From assembly GCA_965645245.1 (NCBI GenBank), contig OZ287071.1, positions 1,550,001 to 1,614,000 of the forward strand: 64,000 nucleotides of DNA. The letters are read 5' to 3'. The position numbers and the translations under genes were made by a program. Below the pieces are notes generated by a model. That model was not told the DNA's origin. It saw only the letters and a program-made list of their open reading frames with translations, and did not search any database. Source of the stretch: Massalongia carnosa (lineage: Eukaryota). How positions within the stretch are numbered: the stretch's first letter is position 1; every line of letters starts with the position of its first letter. Positions 37,218 through 51,078 of this stretch are shown piece after piece.

Positions 37218-37800
37218 ATGCCCTCCCTCCCCCCTCCCCTCTCCGCCCTCCTAACATTCACCAAAACCCTCGCGGTCAGCCACCTCCTAGCCACGCACGT
37301 TCTCGCCGTTGAACGCACCGCCGGGCCCTCAATGCTGCCCACCCTCTCCGTGCGCGGCGACGCCGTGCTCGTGGACAAAACCTGTCGCCGAGGCCGAGGC
37401 GTCGCCGTGGGCGATGTGGTGCAGTTGCGGCACCCAGTGGTTGAAGGGGAGGGTGTGGTAAAGCGGGTGGTGGGGCTGGGAGGGGATTATGTTGTGCTTC
37501 CTGGGGGGGAGGGAGCCGGGGGAGGTGGGGAAGGGGAACTCATGGTACAGGTAAGTGTTGGATCTTTGATTTTGGATGAAAGGGTGAAGATTAAAGCTAC
37601 TAATGAGAGCTGGGGTACAGGTGCCCGAAGGTCATTGCTGGGTGCTTGGTGATAATCAAGCCGCGTCGAGGGATTCACGGACGTATGGGCCTGTGCCGCT
37701 GGCGCTAGTGAGGGGGAGGGTGGTGGCGAGGGTGTGGCCTTTAGGCGAGATGGGATGGATCCGGAACGGCTTGGTCAAGGCGGAAGATGAAGGCGTCTAA
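37218..37800 (+). CDS. IMP1: Mitochondrial inner membrane peptidase subunit, Imp1-like (intron 37551-37620)
   Basis: S26 peptidase motifs GPSMLPT, VVKRVVGLGGD, VPEGHCWVLGDNQAASRDSRTYGPVP. Confidence 0.88.
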
Positions 37801-38502
37801 ATGGATGGATTGATTTATCCAAATTGATAAGAGATGGGAAAATACCTCACAACAAAGAGATAAAAAAAGGTGGGGGGGAGAAAGAAGAAAGAGAAAAAAA
37901 AATCTAGGCCGGGCTGGGGATTGGGTTTTGTTCCCATCCAAAAGAGTCCAACAAATAAGAAAGCAGAAAAAACCCGCAAGGAAGAAAATCGCATCTCCAC
38001 CCCTCCACCATTAATTAAACCCACAAGACAGATCAAGAAGATCGGATCTAGAGCTTCGAGGAGCCCAGCCCAAACCAAGGCCAAGGGTCTAAGGAAAATG
38101 AAACCTACTGATAGGAGATAGATGGTTTGGAGGAGGGAGCTTTACGTTTATTTATCCCACTCCCGGGGGGGGGGGGGTGAGAAAGAAGGAATAAATGGGG
38201 TTCAGGGGGTTGATAGAAATAGGTATGGATAGCTAATTTTAATGGTGATTGATCGAGATATACATATAATGGGGAGAATTCTAGCTTAGGCTCGGTTTAG
38301 AGCAGAGCACGCCAGAGGTTTTGCGCGGTGTTTTTGAATAGGCCGTGAATTGTCCGGATATGCTGGAATTATATATGGTTTGAGAACACGAGTTGATTTT
38401 GTTTGCGGCTTGTTTAAGAAATGCTAATATTAGGCGAAATACGAGAAACGCCAGCATTCTATTTATTCATCACCTCCAAACTCCTTCAAACCCCATGAAA
38501 AC

Positions 38503-41500
38503 CTACCTCTTCAGGTTCTTCTGCTTCTCCGCATCCCTGACCAACTTCCTCCCCTGCACCACCATGCCCTTCCGTGCCCTAACCCTGTCCATGTACCTCT
38601 TCGCCACGTTCTCTCGGTCCGCCAACTCTCCCAGATCCTCCAGCTGATCCTCGGTGAACGGCACCCAGAACGGGTCCTCGTCCAGCAACAGCGTGCTGTC
38701 AAAGCCGTGGAAGACGAGCTGCGGGGAGGCGGCCCCGGAGGTACGCGTGCGGATCTCGTCGGCGAAGCCGAAGGATTCTGCTACGGGCAGGAGGGCGAGG
38801 ATGGTGAAGAACGGGGTGCCTTCGTTGAGGGATTCCGACACGATGCGCCCGCGGCGGCGGGTTATGACGGCGTAGACGCGGCCTAGAACTTCGGCTTCGG
38901 GGGGCGTAAGTGAACGGGACCAGTGAAAGAGACATGTGGTCGGGGTTGGGAAGGGGAACGAAATGATTAAGGCCAATAGTGGACGAACTTACCTGAAGCT
39001 TGGATCTCGCAGCTATACATGGCTAGCAGCAGTCGAGGGCTCCAGTCTAGGAAGCCGTGCCTAATAGCATCTCGTACGCTTTTGATCACCTCCCCTGTTA
39101 GACGGCCGATTGACTCGCCGGCTGAAGACTCGTTTTCGCCATGGGGGCAAACAGTCACTTCTTCGAGGAAAACGGCAATGCCTTGTACTGGCTCGTGGCA
39201 CAGTGGACCTTGCGCTGTGGCTAGTTGGAAGGCGTAGGAGATTTTGTCCGAGAAATCGGATGCTAGGATGGCTTTACCTTTGCCAAGTCCAGGGCTTTCG
39301 GCGCGTCTAGGGTGGGTCTCTTGAAGGCTATTCAGGCGTCAGTAAAGTCGCTACCCCAGAACTCGATTTGACCGTTTTACAATTTCTGACACGTTCCGCC
39401 TTCCGTAGCATCGATGAGAAGATTGGGGCCTGTTCTTCGAGGTCCAAAGGCAGCTATCTTCTCCACCGCATCCGTCCAACCCTCAGATTGCCCTTTCGCC
39501 AAAGACAGAATGGAGTGCAGGTTTTCCTTAATTTCAAGCAAAGAGAAGAGGCCGCTGCTATTAGTGGTAGAGTCATCGGCTTCTTCGTCGCTTACACCGC
39601 CTTCTGGATCAGCTGAGCTTTCGCGCTTGCTCCTGTCTTGGGCTTTCTTTTCAGAATAGAGTTTGCGAATAGCTCCTACGTTCTTCTCCAGAAAGTCAGT
39701 CACCAGCGAAGGAAGCGGTCTGACCCTTAGCCGTATAGTGATTTGTTTAGAAGCCGTAACGCTGATGACGGTTCCTCGTGGAAGGGTCTTATCCTTTGGC
39801 GGCGCCATTTCTGCTGCACTGACAATGGTTTCTCGGTAGGGTACAATGGGCTCTCCAGCTTGAATCTCACATCTTGCAAACCTTTCTCGTAGATCCTTTA
39901 AGCATCTTTCGAGGTGCAGCTCCCCAGCTGTGGATATGACATGTTCACCGCTTTCCAAAACTCTATATTGTGCACATGGATCACTTTGTTCTAATAATTT
40001 CATTCCGTGAATCATCTTCTCGAGGTCCCTAGGATAGACAGGCTCCAGTGCTACCCGGACAATGGGTTGACTGCCCATTTTTACCCCTGCAAGATTGACG
40101 CCCCCTTCTAGCTGACTGCACAAAGTCCCCGATTTGAGAATGTGTCCTTCAAGTCCTGCAATCCCAAACACAATTCCTGCAGATACAGATGCCAATGTTT
40201 CTAGACTGCGGCCCATCATGAGGTATAGCCCGGTGACGGTGACTTTCTGAGGCTCAGGAGATGCGTGGGGATTTGCCGGCGAGAACCTTGGGGTAAGTAC
40301 GTAAACCGAATCTCCGACAGACAGTGAGCCAGAATAGAGCCTAGCAAAGCCGATCAGCTGTTCTGGATCCTCTAGTTTTTCCTCGGGAGCGTCATCGGAG
40401 ATATCAACCCCGTCAATTCGTGAAGCCTTAAGTGGTTTCGATATGCCGCTCACGCCATTCAAAGACTCGGCAGCTTTGGTCGCTTTTGCGATCTCTGCAT
40501 GTTTTTTTCTTGCTAAATCTCGAGCTTCATCACCGCTTAAAGAGTTACCTCGACGCTTGTTTTCTGGCAACTCGCTTTTTGGTATGGCAACCATCTTACT
40601 AACATAAGCCACCACCGGATCGCTTTTAGAGAATTTAAACTCTACCATCGCATCTCGGATCGTTTGGCTAACATGCTTAGCTCCCGGGGACTCATCAATT
40701 AGTGCCGGAAGACGAGTTGCTTGTGCTTTGGGCGGAGCAGGAAGATGTTCAATGACAGATACTAGGACAGCAGCGGAAAGCGGAAGCCACGCTGCCAACA
40801 CAGTGGTAAGTATTGCGCGAGGGTCTCTTGAGCGGAGAACATGGGGCGGTATGACTAAGGAAAGCGATTTTGTGATCTTTTCCAGCATAGCTGGATCACT
40901 ATATGAAAGAAGCCATATGAGCATTGAGGCAGACACGCTCATCATAATGAATCCAAAACTAGCACTTACCATTTGCCCTTACCCCCTCCAGTCGTGGCTT
41001 CATAAACAGCCCAAATGTTGTCCAAGACTAGTTGGACGAACATAGGTTTTAGCAGCCTTCCCTTCAAATGCTTCGGACCAAGAACTCTTTTAGTCTTAGG
41101 CTCGAGATAGAAATCGCCCCAAAGTACTTTCTCCAGAACAGAACATTTCATTCCTAATTTCTTTTCGTATAGGGAAGCAAACTGCCGGATCGTAAAAGCC
41201 CATCCATCCACAGCGCTGCTAAAGATGACATTGTTCTTTTCGGGGGCAAAGTAGAGATCCTCATCGTCTTTCTCTTCGAATTCTCCATTAGCAGTGCCTG
41301 CAACTATGCCATTAACCTCATCGACCGCTAAACCATTTGTATTTCTCGTAGCTTTACGGTCAGCCTTCTCTTGCTCTTTGGCGGCCGCTGCTAAAACGCG
41401 TTCTTCTACTCGCTCTCTCCACTGAAGATCTTCCTCCATTCTTTCGCCTTGGAAAAAGCTCCCAATGACTGCATTGACTTGTTCCACAAGCTTGCTTAAA

Positions 41501-42136
41501 TGAACATAAGCCTCCCCCGGGCTCATCCGCAACTCAGTAATAAGGCGATCAACCTTGTTAATCACCAATAGCGGTTTGAGATGCTCGGTCCATGTTTGCC
41601 GAAGGACCGTTACCGTTTGACTGCACACTCCCTCCGCTGCATCTACAAGTACTAACGCGCCATCACATAATCGTGAGGCCGTCGATACCTCGCTGCTGAA
41701 ATCGATATGACCAGGAGAATCAATAAGATTAATCAGATACTCTTTTTGTACTGTTGCAGCCTCGGCAGCTGAGCGTCGGAGCATGGAAAAGTACAGGGAG
41801 ATCGCTGACGACTCCATAGTAATACCTCGTAACTGCTCGTCGGGTCGCGAATCCAGATATCGGATCTTGCCCGCGAGCTTCGGAGAGATAATGCCATTTG
41901 TTGCGATAAGCACGTCGGTGAGCGAGGTTTTCCCGTGATCCTGGCCAATATATCAATTAAAAACCTAAGATTTATCCTGAAATAAGGTAACGATGCTCAC
42001 AACGTGCGCTAGTATACAAATCTAATGCTTTGGGTCAATCCTGCCTCATCGACATGAAAACTTGAAAACTCACATTTCTGACTTCGTCTGCATTACGCTG
42101 CAAGCCAATGAGTTTTTCTGGATTGATAACGGGCAT
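38503..42136 (-). CDS. RIA1: Ribosome-maturation GTPase Efl1/Ria1 (multi-exon)
   Basis: NICILAHVDHGKTSL, RYLDSRPDEQLRGITMESS, LIDSPGHIDFSSEVS, GELHLERCLKDL, LPVAESFGFADEIR, EDLGELADRENVA. Confidence 0.95.
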
Positions 42137-42898
42137 GTTGCAGATGAGGTGGCGGAATCATATTACTGGTGCAAAGATATATGAGATCTTGAATATAGGT
42201 AACTTAGGTATCATGAACTCAAAGGTGTTCGAGCTATACTTTTCATGCTTGATGAGCGCATGGTTTACTAAGTTTTCAAAGTCTCCTCATCGAGTGTCGT
42301 TATATCACATTTGACGGTGATGACCGGCACGTGATTGCTGAAAATGTGTCACCAAGGTATCAAGATAACAATAAACCCCTTTTAAAATTTCACATCAAGC
42401 ATCAACATGGAGAGGTTGTAGATGAAACTCAGATATCTTTGGTACATGTTTGATACACGCTCGGTCTGAATAGCCTTTATGACACCAAGCTTAATATCAA
42501 TCCAAGGAATAGTAGGTCTACAGCGTTTCCTCAATATCATTCGAGTTTGGGATACGACAGCAGCCGAACACCTTATTGCTGGGCTTTGGAACGCAATAAA
42601 CTACATCCGGGAATACATATACACGATCATTTGAATCATTATAAACATAGCCGATATGATGCAAGCGACAGGGACGGAAAACACCAAGGATATCTTTATT
42701 CTGCCACAGAAACGCCAATGACGGGCCCCTAGGAGTTTCACACCTAAAAGGAAACGGTATGATATAGCACACTGAATAAAAATAAAAGCATGACAAAACC
42801 ACACTGGGTAGTTACCACTATTGAGAGATGTGTTAATTAACATGAGGCAAGTTGGGCGCATCCAGTCGGATGGCGTCGTCAAAATCCAGTACTGCATA

Positions 42899-45534
42899 TT
42901 AGTACCGGGACAATCGTTGCTGTACTCCAGCTTGGTATATTAGCTCTTGACCATGACTCATCCACTCGTCAAAGCCATCGATAGAATCATGGTGGGGAAA
43001 ATCGTCAAAGACGGCAAGTTCTGTGTCGGCATAAATGGAACGAACACCTTTCAACGATCGAGGATTCGTCCACGACGGTAATTTCTTCTTAGCATTGCAA
43101 TAATAGAAGTAGAGAACCCGAGTCAGACTGGTGACCCGGTCGATGTACCGGTCTCGTGACTCATCTCGTACCTTTACCTTCGACCCGTCCCCTAGAACTC
43201 GCCACCAAGAAATCCGCCAGCGCAAAGTTAGCAGAATCTGGCCAAGTTCTAAAACGAACTTTTCGCCATCCTCGTTGGATTTTTTAGCTAGGTTGTTCAG
43301 CTCCTTCTGAAGAAACCTGAAGGCAGCCACTTCTAGCGCTCGGCAAATGATTCGAGAGAGTTGGGCTGCAATCAGTATTTCCTTCTTGTCCTCGGGGTCC
43401 TCTACGTCTATGGGACGATCGGGGACACCTTCGACTAAAGAAACAATGTCGTAGCTAGCCCGACTAGGCATGTTGTTCCACTTCGCTAACAATGCCTTTG
43501 AGGCTGATTGTCAATTTCAAGAATTTGAAGGTCAACCAACGACGCAAAGCGAACTTACCAGACTTTCGGTAATTGAACAGGGTTCGGTAACACATTTCAA
43601 CCAATCTTGGACCTTCAAGAGCTTGTTGTCGATGAAATCGTGGAGCTCAAAAACTCCCGATTCTTGGACGTTATGAATTTCGGTAAGAAAGTCGAAGCAT
43701 TTGGCCAAGTCCAAAGTGTATAGGGAGCCCGACAGTTGTCGGGCATGGATATTGAAACGAGACAGCCGAGGTTTTAACAAGTCGAGAAGCTCGGTCAGGT
43801 CGAACGTCTCCGGGAGGAGCATAGTTACTCTACGACTTTGATCAAGAGTGAAATGGTTGATCCGCCGTTGTGCTAAGATCCGTTAGTATTTCAATGTAGA
43901 GCAAATCCTGCAAGTACACACATATATAATTGCAGCTTCCAGCCTCCACTATGTCAATAAAGTCTGCCTTGATACAGGGCGATTTCCAGATTTTGGCTCC
44001 AATATTCTCTCTGCAACCAACACATGGAACTTCACCTGAGCACTGTGAAAACGCGCGTGAGCCGTCAAATCTCACTTCTAATTTCTAGAAACCAGGTGAC
44101 TCACAGATTGCTTCATCATCTTGCAACGGATACAGACACTTCTGTTCTTCCTGATTATCGCAGCCTGGGTGGCTTTCGCCTTGGAAAGTGGTCCGGCCCG
44201 GCGACCCTTTCTAGTGTTTTGAACAGTAGACGTCACTTCTCCTTTTCCATGTTCATGGATTACCGCCAGCGGAAGCTCACTTGCGCCAACACTTGCTTTT
44301 CGGTTGCCTTTTGAATTTCTTGTAGCTGGACGCAGAGGGAAAGGACTAGAGGTTGACTTTAAACCATAAGGATTCCTCGGATTTCCATTGCAGGGCCAAC
44401 ACTCCAAGAAGCACCCCGTCGAGGGCGGATAAGATGCTGACACATCCGAACGAAAGCCCTGACAAGTGCCCTCTTTATACGTCTCAATGTGCAACCCAGT
44501 CTCGCGCTCTAGAGCGGTATGATATTGACCCGTTTTGCCATACTCCTGATTAGTAAAGGATTCATCGAACGGGTACTGCGAGACACTCTCCATGTCGTAA
44601 TCTAGCGTCTCATCATTGGATGTCCGACGTCTGTCCTTAAGTTGATAATCACTGGCCTGCATAGGTTGACAGGCTCCTTGGAATGGTGAACATTTAGTTT
44701 CGACAAAAGGAAACCTTGGTTTTGCGGCGTCTGTCAAATGGTGCACAGCTTCTAGAGCATTGAAGCCATATAGCAAAGTGTGATCTGCATGTCTCGACTC
44801 TGTGGGGGTATCACCAGATACGATTGCAACACCGGAATCTGGGGAACTAGGGTTAGGCCATACATGAGTTCCCGACGTTGGTGATATGCTTGAGTTGAGT
44901 CCATCGCCCGGCCCATCCAGGGGCTCGGTTGCAGAAGCGCGATGAACACTTTGCGTGGCCTGGGACGTTTCGCAATCACGGTATGTCGGATTTGAGCCAG
45001 AGGAACTAGTCTCCCTAGGAGATGTGCGTGGCGTAGAGTTAGTGGAACCAGCCGGAATAATCTCCAGTCCGCGTGGGTGGCGCTGGTTCCGTTGGATGGC
45101 CGAAAGCTGAAAGGCATGCAGATGACTCCATGGAGCAGCATAAGTTAAGCTGTTAGAGAAACCATCTGGTGTTGTCGGAGAATATGCCGGGATCTCCTGT
45201 TCACATATGTGTTCCTGCAGATTGGGTTCTTGGGCTGAGCTAAGTACTCAGCATTAGCCAAAACTCCGTCATTGGTTGGAAGTAGCCTGTACACGCACGA
45301 GAACGAAAACTCGAATTGGCCAAGAATATCAAGCTGGTCTATCGAACTTCGCCGACGAGCGTATATTGATTTGCTGTGAAGACTGAGATCAATATCGTCA
45401 CCTTTCAAATCTTGGCCGCCGCCTTGAAGTTTCGAAGCCTCATCTTGTGCCGTAAAGAGCTGGCGGCTAGAAGGGAGAGGGAAGTGCCTGAGGTCGAGGA
45501 GTTTGGGATCAACAGTTTCAATTTGATACTGCAT
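42899..45534 (-). CDS. Zn(II)2Cys6-type transcription factor (5' exons uncertain)
   Basis: Intron-split CIRCKMMKQS|CSGEVPCVGC...C cluster; downstream exons 43532-43822 and 42899-43492. Confidence 0.75.
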
Positions 45535-46176
45535 AATGCATTGTTAAGAGGCCTGCACTCAACAATTCTGGATGACACGTCGATTGGATTTGATAGCGGT
45601 AATCGATGGCCCCGAGTCTCAGTGATTTCGTCGCTCTCGTCGCTTTCGTCGCTTCGTCTCCCACATCTTATCTCCTATCTATGTACTCCGTACTCCTACC
45701 GTTACAGCTGACAGGACTGCAGGCTCTGCGGCAGACTCCGAAAGCTCTCGAGTGAGGCGTTCACGGGCGCCAGCAGGATAGGGCGACCAATCACATGATA
45801 TGACTGCCTCACCGGCTGCACGGTGATCTGGCCCAGGCGTGTCTTGGCATCAAGTTCAAGTCCGTTTCGTACAAATCGTAAGCCTTTGAAGCTTCTTCGC
45901 GAAACATGCCAGGACAAATGGGGCGAGGAGGTCGTTGATTCACCAGATCATCAGGATCAATGAGCTAAAGCAGTCATTTAAACTGATTCAAGGCGTTCAT
46001 GCCTCTTCATCCCTCACATATGCGCGATTTTCCTCCTTCGTCATCCCCCCCGTCTCGCCAAGCGAACAGCTTCATATCTAGAGAACTAATCCAACAGCCG
46101 CCATGGTTTCGACACCCGAACTGCTCAGCTCAGCTGTCTCGTGCCAGTCAACACCTCGATCCAGTTCTTCGCCGTG

Positions 46177-47313
46177 ATGCACATCCTGGTAGTAGCATCT
46201 TGCTGGCATATCTACTCCCTATATAAAGAATAACCCTTCTGATTGGTATCCTAGGTTGTTAATGATGATGGACCTATCTCATCGTCCTCGCCCTACATCA
46301 GCCCCTTCGTTGCGGCTCTTCAAGCTGCAGGTCACCATACCTCTGTAGTCTTGCCTGACAGACCACGTTCGTGGATCGGCAAGGCTCACATCGTGGGTTC
46401 GACGCTAGAATGCTCCTCGTACACACCGGCTCTAGGTAATCAAGAATGGGTGCTTGTGGACGGAACCCCAGCAAGTTGCGTACATGTGGGACTGCACCAC
46501 CTGTTCTCAGATCTTCCACCCGTAGATCTCGTTGTATCGGGCCCTAATTTTGGACCTAATGCCACGACGGTCTACAATCTCTCTAGCGGTACCGTCGGTG
46601 GAGCGCTAGAAGCGGCTCTTTGTGGCAAAAAAGCTATTGCGATTTCTTTCGCCAGTAAGGATGAACAATCACCAGAATTAATAACTACCGCCGCTCGAAC
46701 TTCTGTGAGACTGATTGAAAGGTTACACCGGAAATGGGATCAGGGCGTGGAGCTTTATAACATCAATGTGCCCATGGTTGCAAATGTTGGAACTTGCCAG
46801 GTTTTGTACACTCGGGCATTACCAAGCTATTGGACCACTGGGAGTTTGTACCGGGAAGTAAAACCTACTGAACACATCAACGGTAACATCAACAGCTATA
46901 CGAGGAGGAATAATAACTCAACATCTGGCGAACATGCCGATAAACCCACCGATGGAAATTTTGATAAAGATACGAACCAGCAAGTGAACGGGAATGCCAA
47001 CGGACCTAGGAACGGTTCTTATGAAAACCATCAGGACTCTGATGAGCAACTCAACAGTCCTCAAATACCTAGCATTCCGAAACGTAGATATTTTAGGTGG
47101 GACCCTCAATTATCCGACATCGCTCACTCTATGGAGGAAAATCTACTAGGAACGGATGCATGGACTGTGCAGCACGGGTCTATAAGGTATGAATATCTAT
47201 GTTTTTACAGTTTAGGGAGCAAATAGCTGATCATGAGCACCTTGCATAGCGTTACGCCTTTGACAGCAAATCTTTCACATGTTCGGGGTTTCTCTGGGAG
47301 CCTGGATCTTTGA
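46177..47313 (+). CDS. SurE-family phosphatase/nucleotidase (3 exons)
   Basis: MHIL|VVNDDGP, RSWIGKAH, VDGTPASCV, DLVVSGPNFGPNA, SSGTVGGALEAAL, YNINVP, GTDAW...SVTPL. Confidence 0.92.
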
Positions 47314-47943
47314 TAGGCGGATATAACGAACTTACACTGAGCAAGGCCGGATGCCTCGTTGTGTCAACATCGCCACTTTTTCTATACAATATTGGGCATT
47401 GGATCCTTCTAGATATATAACGTTGCCAGACTACTCAACGTGCGAATAGTGTTAACCTTGTTATAATCTGGCTTTGTTGACCAGTAATGCTGAGTTTCTC
47501 GGCTGTTCATACATATAAGGAGATTCCTGGCATAACGACTTTCGCGAATCTCTACGCTTCTCCTCTACTCCAAACTCTCTCAGATTCTCACCATTCCCCT
47601 TTGTCCTTATTTAGACTCACTAGGGCCTTCCAGCTACCACTTAGAATATGTATTCAGGTTTTTAAGGCCAGGAAGCTGAATAGGAATGGAGCTCATTTTA
47701 GACAAACTCTCCTCCACACTATAACTCCATAACCTTGTGAGTATAAAATCAGCGATATTATGAAAGATGATTATGAACAATGGGTTGAAGTCTCGATGAC
47801 TTGATAAACATTAATTCATCATCCTTGATACGTATAAGGTGGCAGCATGACATCTGGAAGCACGTGACATAGATGTTGCCTAAGATATTTCAAATCCTCT
47901 CAATCAATACATATCCTTTTGTCGATCTGCCCCTCCGCCCATC

Positions 47944-49179
47944 ATGCCATCCGACGACCTGAAAAATTACGCCGTATCTGACGTTGACTTCTATGCCCTC
48001 CTCGGTGTTACCTTCGAAACCTCCCAACGTGACATCGATCGAGCATGGCGCAAAACCGCCCTCAAGTACCACCCGGACAAAGTGGGCAATGACCCAGCTG
48101 CCAAAGAAAAATTCCACCTCGCCCAAGTCGGCTACGATCTCCTCTCCGACCCTGCTATCAAGGTTCTCTATGACAGCGCGCGCAATGCGAGACTGCAGAG
48201 GGAGAAGAAGTATGAGCAACTTAGGGGCGAGAGGGGGCGGATGGCGAGTGATTTGCTGGCAAGGGAACGGGGGTTTAAGCGGGGGAGAGATGAGGAGGAG
48301 GAGGATGAAGAGAAGCTGGAGAGGGAGATTAGGAGGCTAGCGGAGGATGGAAAGCGCCGGAGGAAGGAGAGAGAGGATGCGCTGAGGAAGGGTCTGCAAC
48401 CAGACGCGGAGCAGCCCAACATCGTCCAAGAAGGTCCTCAGATGCAGGATAAGCGCCCTCCAGCCAATCAAACCTTTGTCTCAGAAATCGACCGCACGAT
48501 CCGAATACGCTACCCGCAACCCCCTCCCATCGAACCCATCTCCTCAGACACCATAACCACTCTCTTCTCCACCTTTGGCCCCATCGAAACCGCCGATCTG
48601 CTCAATCCCAAAATGCTCCGAGCAGGCAAGGGACACAAGAAGCAGATGATGGGCACGTGCATGGTGCAATTCGCCTCCGTGGTCGGCGCTCACGCCGCCG
48701 TGGAAGATTTCCCGAAACAGCAAGGGCCCGACTGGGCGCGGTTCGACTCCGTCTTCTGGGCCGCAGGCAAAGAACCCGATTTCCTCAACGCAGCCAACTC
48801 CCAGCGCTCCGCCCCGCGCGTCCCATCGCCCCCTTCAACCCCCTCGCATAAACCCTCCAGCGCCTTTCTCCACCACCACCACCACCCCATCCCCTCTCCC
48901 TCGTCTCCATCCTCACTCAACGGAGCTGGCGGCCTCCGGAAAAAACCCTCCTTCGCCTCGTTTTCCGCCTCCTCCGCAGCAGCCTTCAGCACCCCCACCG
49001 CCTCGCCCATGGGAAGGGGCAGAGGGGTGGGCAGTCCCAGTTTGGAGGAAATGACGTTGATACGGCTGAAGAACGCAGAGAAGAGGCGGTTGGCGGATGA
49101 GATCCGGAAACGGGAGTGGGAGGAGGAGGAGGGGGGGGGGGGAGAAGTCATGGCCGCTGGTGTTGCGGAAGGGACATGA
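47944..49179 (+). CDS. CWC23: J-domain splicing factor Cwc23 (DNAJC17-like)
   Basis: J domain with ALKYHPDK, coiled coil, RRM-like LFSTFGPIE, C-terminal SLEEMTLIRLKNAEKRRL. Confidence 0.88.
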   Translation: MPSDDLKNYAVSDVDFYALLGVTFETSQRDIDRAWRKTALKYHPDKVGNDPAAKEKFHLAQVGYDLLSDPAIKVLYDSARNARLQREKKYEQLRGERGRMASDLLARERGFKRGRDEEEEDEEKLEREIRRLAEDGKRRRKEREDALRKGLQPDAEQPNIVQEGPQMQDKRPPANQTFVSEIDRTIRIRYPQPPPIEPISSDTITTLFSTFGPIETADLLNPKMLRAGKGHKKQMMGTCMVQFASVVGAHAAVEDFPKQQGPDWARFDSVFWAAGKEPDFLNAANSQRSAPRVPSPPSTPSHKPSSAFLHHHHHPIPSPSSPSSLNGAGGLRKKPSFASFSASSAAAFSTPTASPMGRGRGVGSPSLEEMTLIRLKNAEKRRLADEIRKREWEEEEGGGGEVMAAGVAEGT

Positions 49180-49469
49180 TACGCGGTTTTTGTTCCCTTC
49201 CTTTCCTCTCCTAATTTCTTTTTGTTTTTCCACGGTCAATTCGATATCCCATACCCATGCCATGCATTTAGCGACCCAAGGCGTACGGGGAGCTTGCCTT
49301 TCCATCTACAAGTATATACCCATAGAGAATACCCAGGGCACGCTTCTGCCTTCTTTCCTCCCTTTAAAAAGTCCTTCCTTTTACGGAGTAAAGCGCGGGA
49401 CTCATGGAAGGTATTTTTCCGATGAGAATGAAACAGCTAGTAATAACTTCTAAAACCACCCGTGGGTTT

Positions 49470-50885
49470 TCACTTCATCCCGCCCCTTTCCCAATGCCAG
49501 TCTGGCACAAAGGCCCTAATACCCAGTTCCCCCCCGCCCGGGACCGCAACCCGGAACTCCCCCTCCGCTGCTCTCCTTCCTCCTCTCGCCACCGCCGTTT
49601 CACCGGCTCCCTTCACCGCCCTCATTTGTTTCACATTTCCACCCTCCCCTATGTCCGCGCCCCGGCCCCCACCACCGCCCGCAACCCCTCCTTCTCCACC
49701 AAACCCAGCCTCCAACCGCCAAAGCGCCAATCCTACATTCCCTACGCCCCCTAACCATTTACCTACCCTCTTCCGCCCCGTATCCGCTCTCCGGATCTCC
49801 GCTCCAGGTTCCGGTAACCGTCCCCGATAGTCGGGGAGATATTCCAACCCCCCCACTCCCCCTTTCCCATTATCACCACCACCACTTTCCGCATCCCCTC
49901 CAACCCCCCACACCACCACCGGCAAAATCCTCTTCCTCACCACTCCCGTATGCCGCGTCCGAATCGTTAGTTCCTGGCCCACATAGCATCCCTTCCGGAA
50001 ATCCACCCCGCCCATCAGGTCCAAATTGCTCTCCAGCGGCAACGCGACCTCGCGCACCATCTCACCTTGGCCTTCCGCCACCCCGCTCATTATCCGCCGC
50101 ACTGCATACATGGCGTCCGAGCACTCCTTCCCGAACCGCTTGGCGAGGAACGCGGGTAGTGGTTTCGCGTCCCTAGGGAGAACGAGGCGCAGGCCCATTC
50201 CCGGGGCGCGGACATCGGCGCAGCCGCTGACAATTCTGGGCTCTGCTGCTACTCCGCCGAAATTGTGGTTGTGGGTTTGGTTTGCGGCGCCGGGAACGGT
50301 GAGAAGGGGGTTATTGAGGGAAGGGGCCCAGGCGCTCCAGACTTCCGCCTCCCCGTCTTCCAGGACACGAATCTTCACTCGAGCGCGCAACTTATAGCGC
50401 CGGAGGTGCGCCGCGAGGTGCTGTGCCTCCCGCCTATCGACCTCGATCAGGAAGCCGCCTATCGAATCGTCGCGCCCGGAAGAGGGAAGAGCGCTGGAGG
50501 CGGCGGGGAGCGTGTAGATGAATACGTCGTAAAGCACGCGGCCGGCTGCGGTGAGGAAGGCGCTGTAGAGGCCTGCAGGGTGCGGGGCGGTGGGGATCGT
50601 GGTTGTAGTTAGACCGTGTAGGAAGTGGGCGCTGTCAGGACCAGTGAGAGAAATGAGGTGCCGATTGGAGAGGCAGGCATGGCCTGTTTGGGCGGGCGGT
50701 GAGGGGGTTGGAGAGGATGGAGGAGTAGTTTTGGGGGGTGAGGATGGAGGAGTAGTTTTGGGGGGTGAGGATGGTGAGAGGGGGACTGGAGAGTTTTGAC
50801 CCAAGGCGCTAGAGAGGCGGCGGAATTGGCCAAGAAGGACAACACAGCGATTGCAGACCGGGTGGCTGGGAAAGAGGGAGAGCAT
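49470..50885 (-). CDS. IBA57: Mitochondrial Fe-S assembly factor Iba57/Caf17
   Basis: RHLISLTGPDSAHFLHGLTT, FLTAAGRVLYD, signature GVDFRKGCYVGQELTIRT; 27-bp duplication (PPKTTPPSS x2) near 50712-50772. Confidence 0.93.
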   Translation of the reverse strand: MLSLFPSHPVCNRCVVLLGQFRRLSSALGQNSPVPLSPSSPPKTTPPSSPPKTTPPSSPTPSPPAQTGHACLSNRHLISLTGPDSAHFLHGLTTTTIPTAPHPAGLYSAFLTAAGRVLYDVFIYTLPAASSALPSSGRDDSIGGFLIEVDRREAQHLAAHLRRYKLRARVKIRVLEDGEAEVWSAWAPSLNNPLLTVPGAANQTHNHNFGGVAAEPRIVSGCADVRAPGMGLRLVLPRDAKPLPAFLAKRFGKECSDAMYAVRRIMSGVAEGQGEMVREVALPLESNLDLMGGVDFRKGCYVGQELTIRTRHTGVVRKRILPVVVWGVGGDAESGGGDNGKGGVGGLEYLPDYRGRLPEPGAEIRRADTGRKRVGKWLGGVGNVGLALWRLEAGFGGEGGVAGGGGGRGADIGEGGNVKQMRAVKGAGETAVARGGRRAAEGEFRVAVPGGGELGIRAFVPDWHWERGGMK

Positions 50886-51078
50886 TTTATTGGAGAAGAA
50901 ACGGAGGGAAGATAATAATTGCAAGAGCGGCGGGATTGGCGGGTTTCTACGTCAATGTTATCGTAGGACAAGAAGCCTTTTAGGGATAGGACTCATAGGG
51001 TTTAGTTATGTCCATCCATCCATCCATCCATCATCGCTACCTATCCTGCATCGGTCCATCATGTCTGTCATTTTCAAT

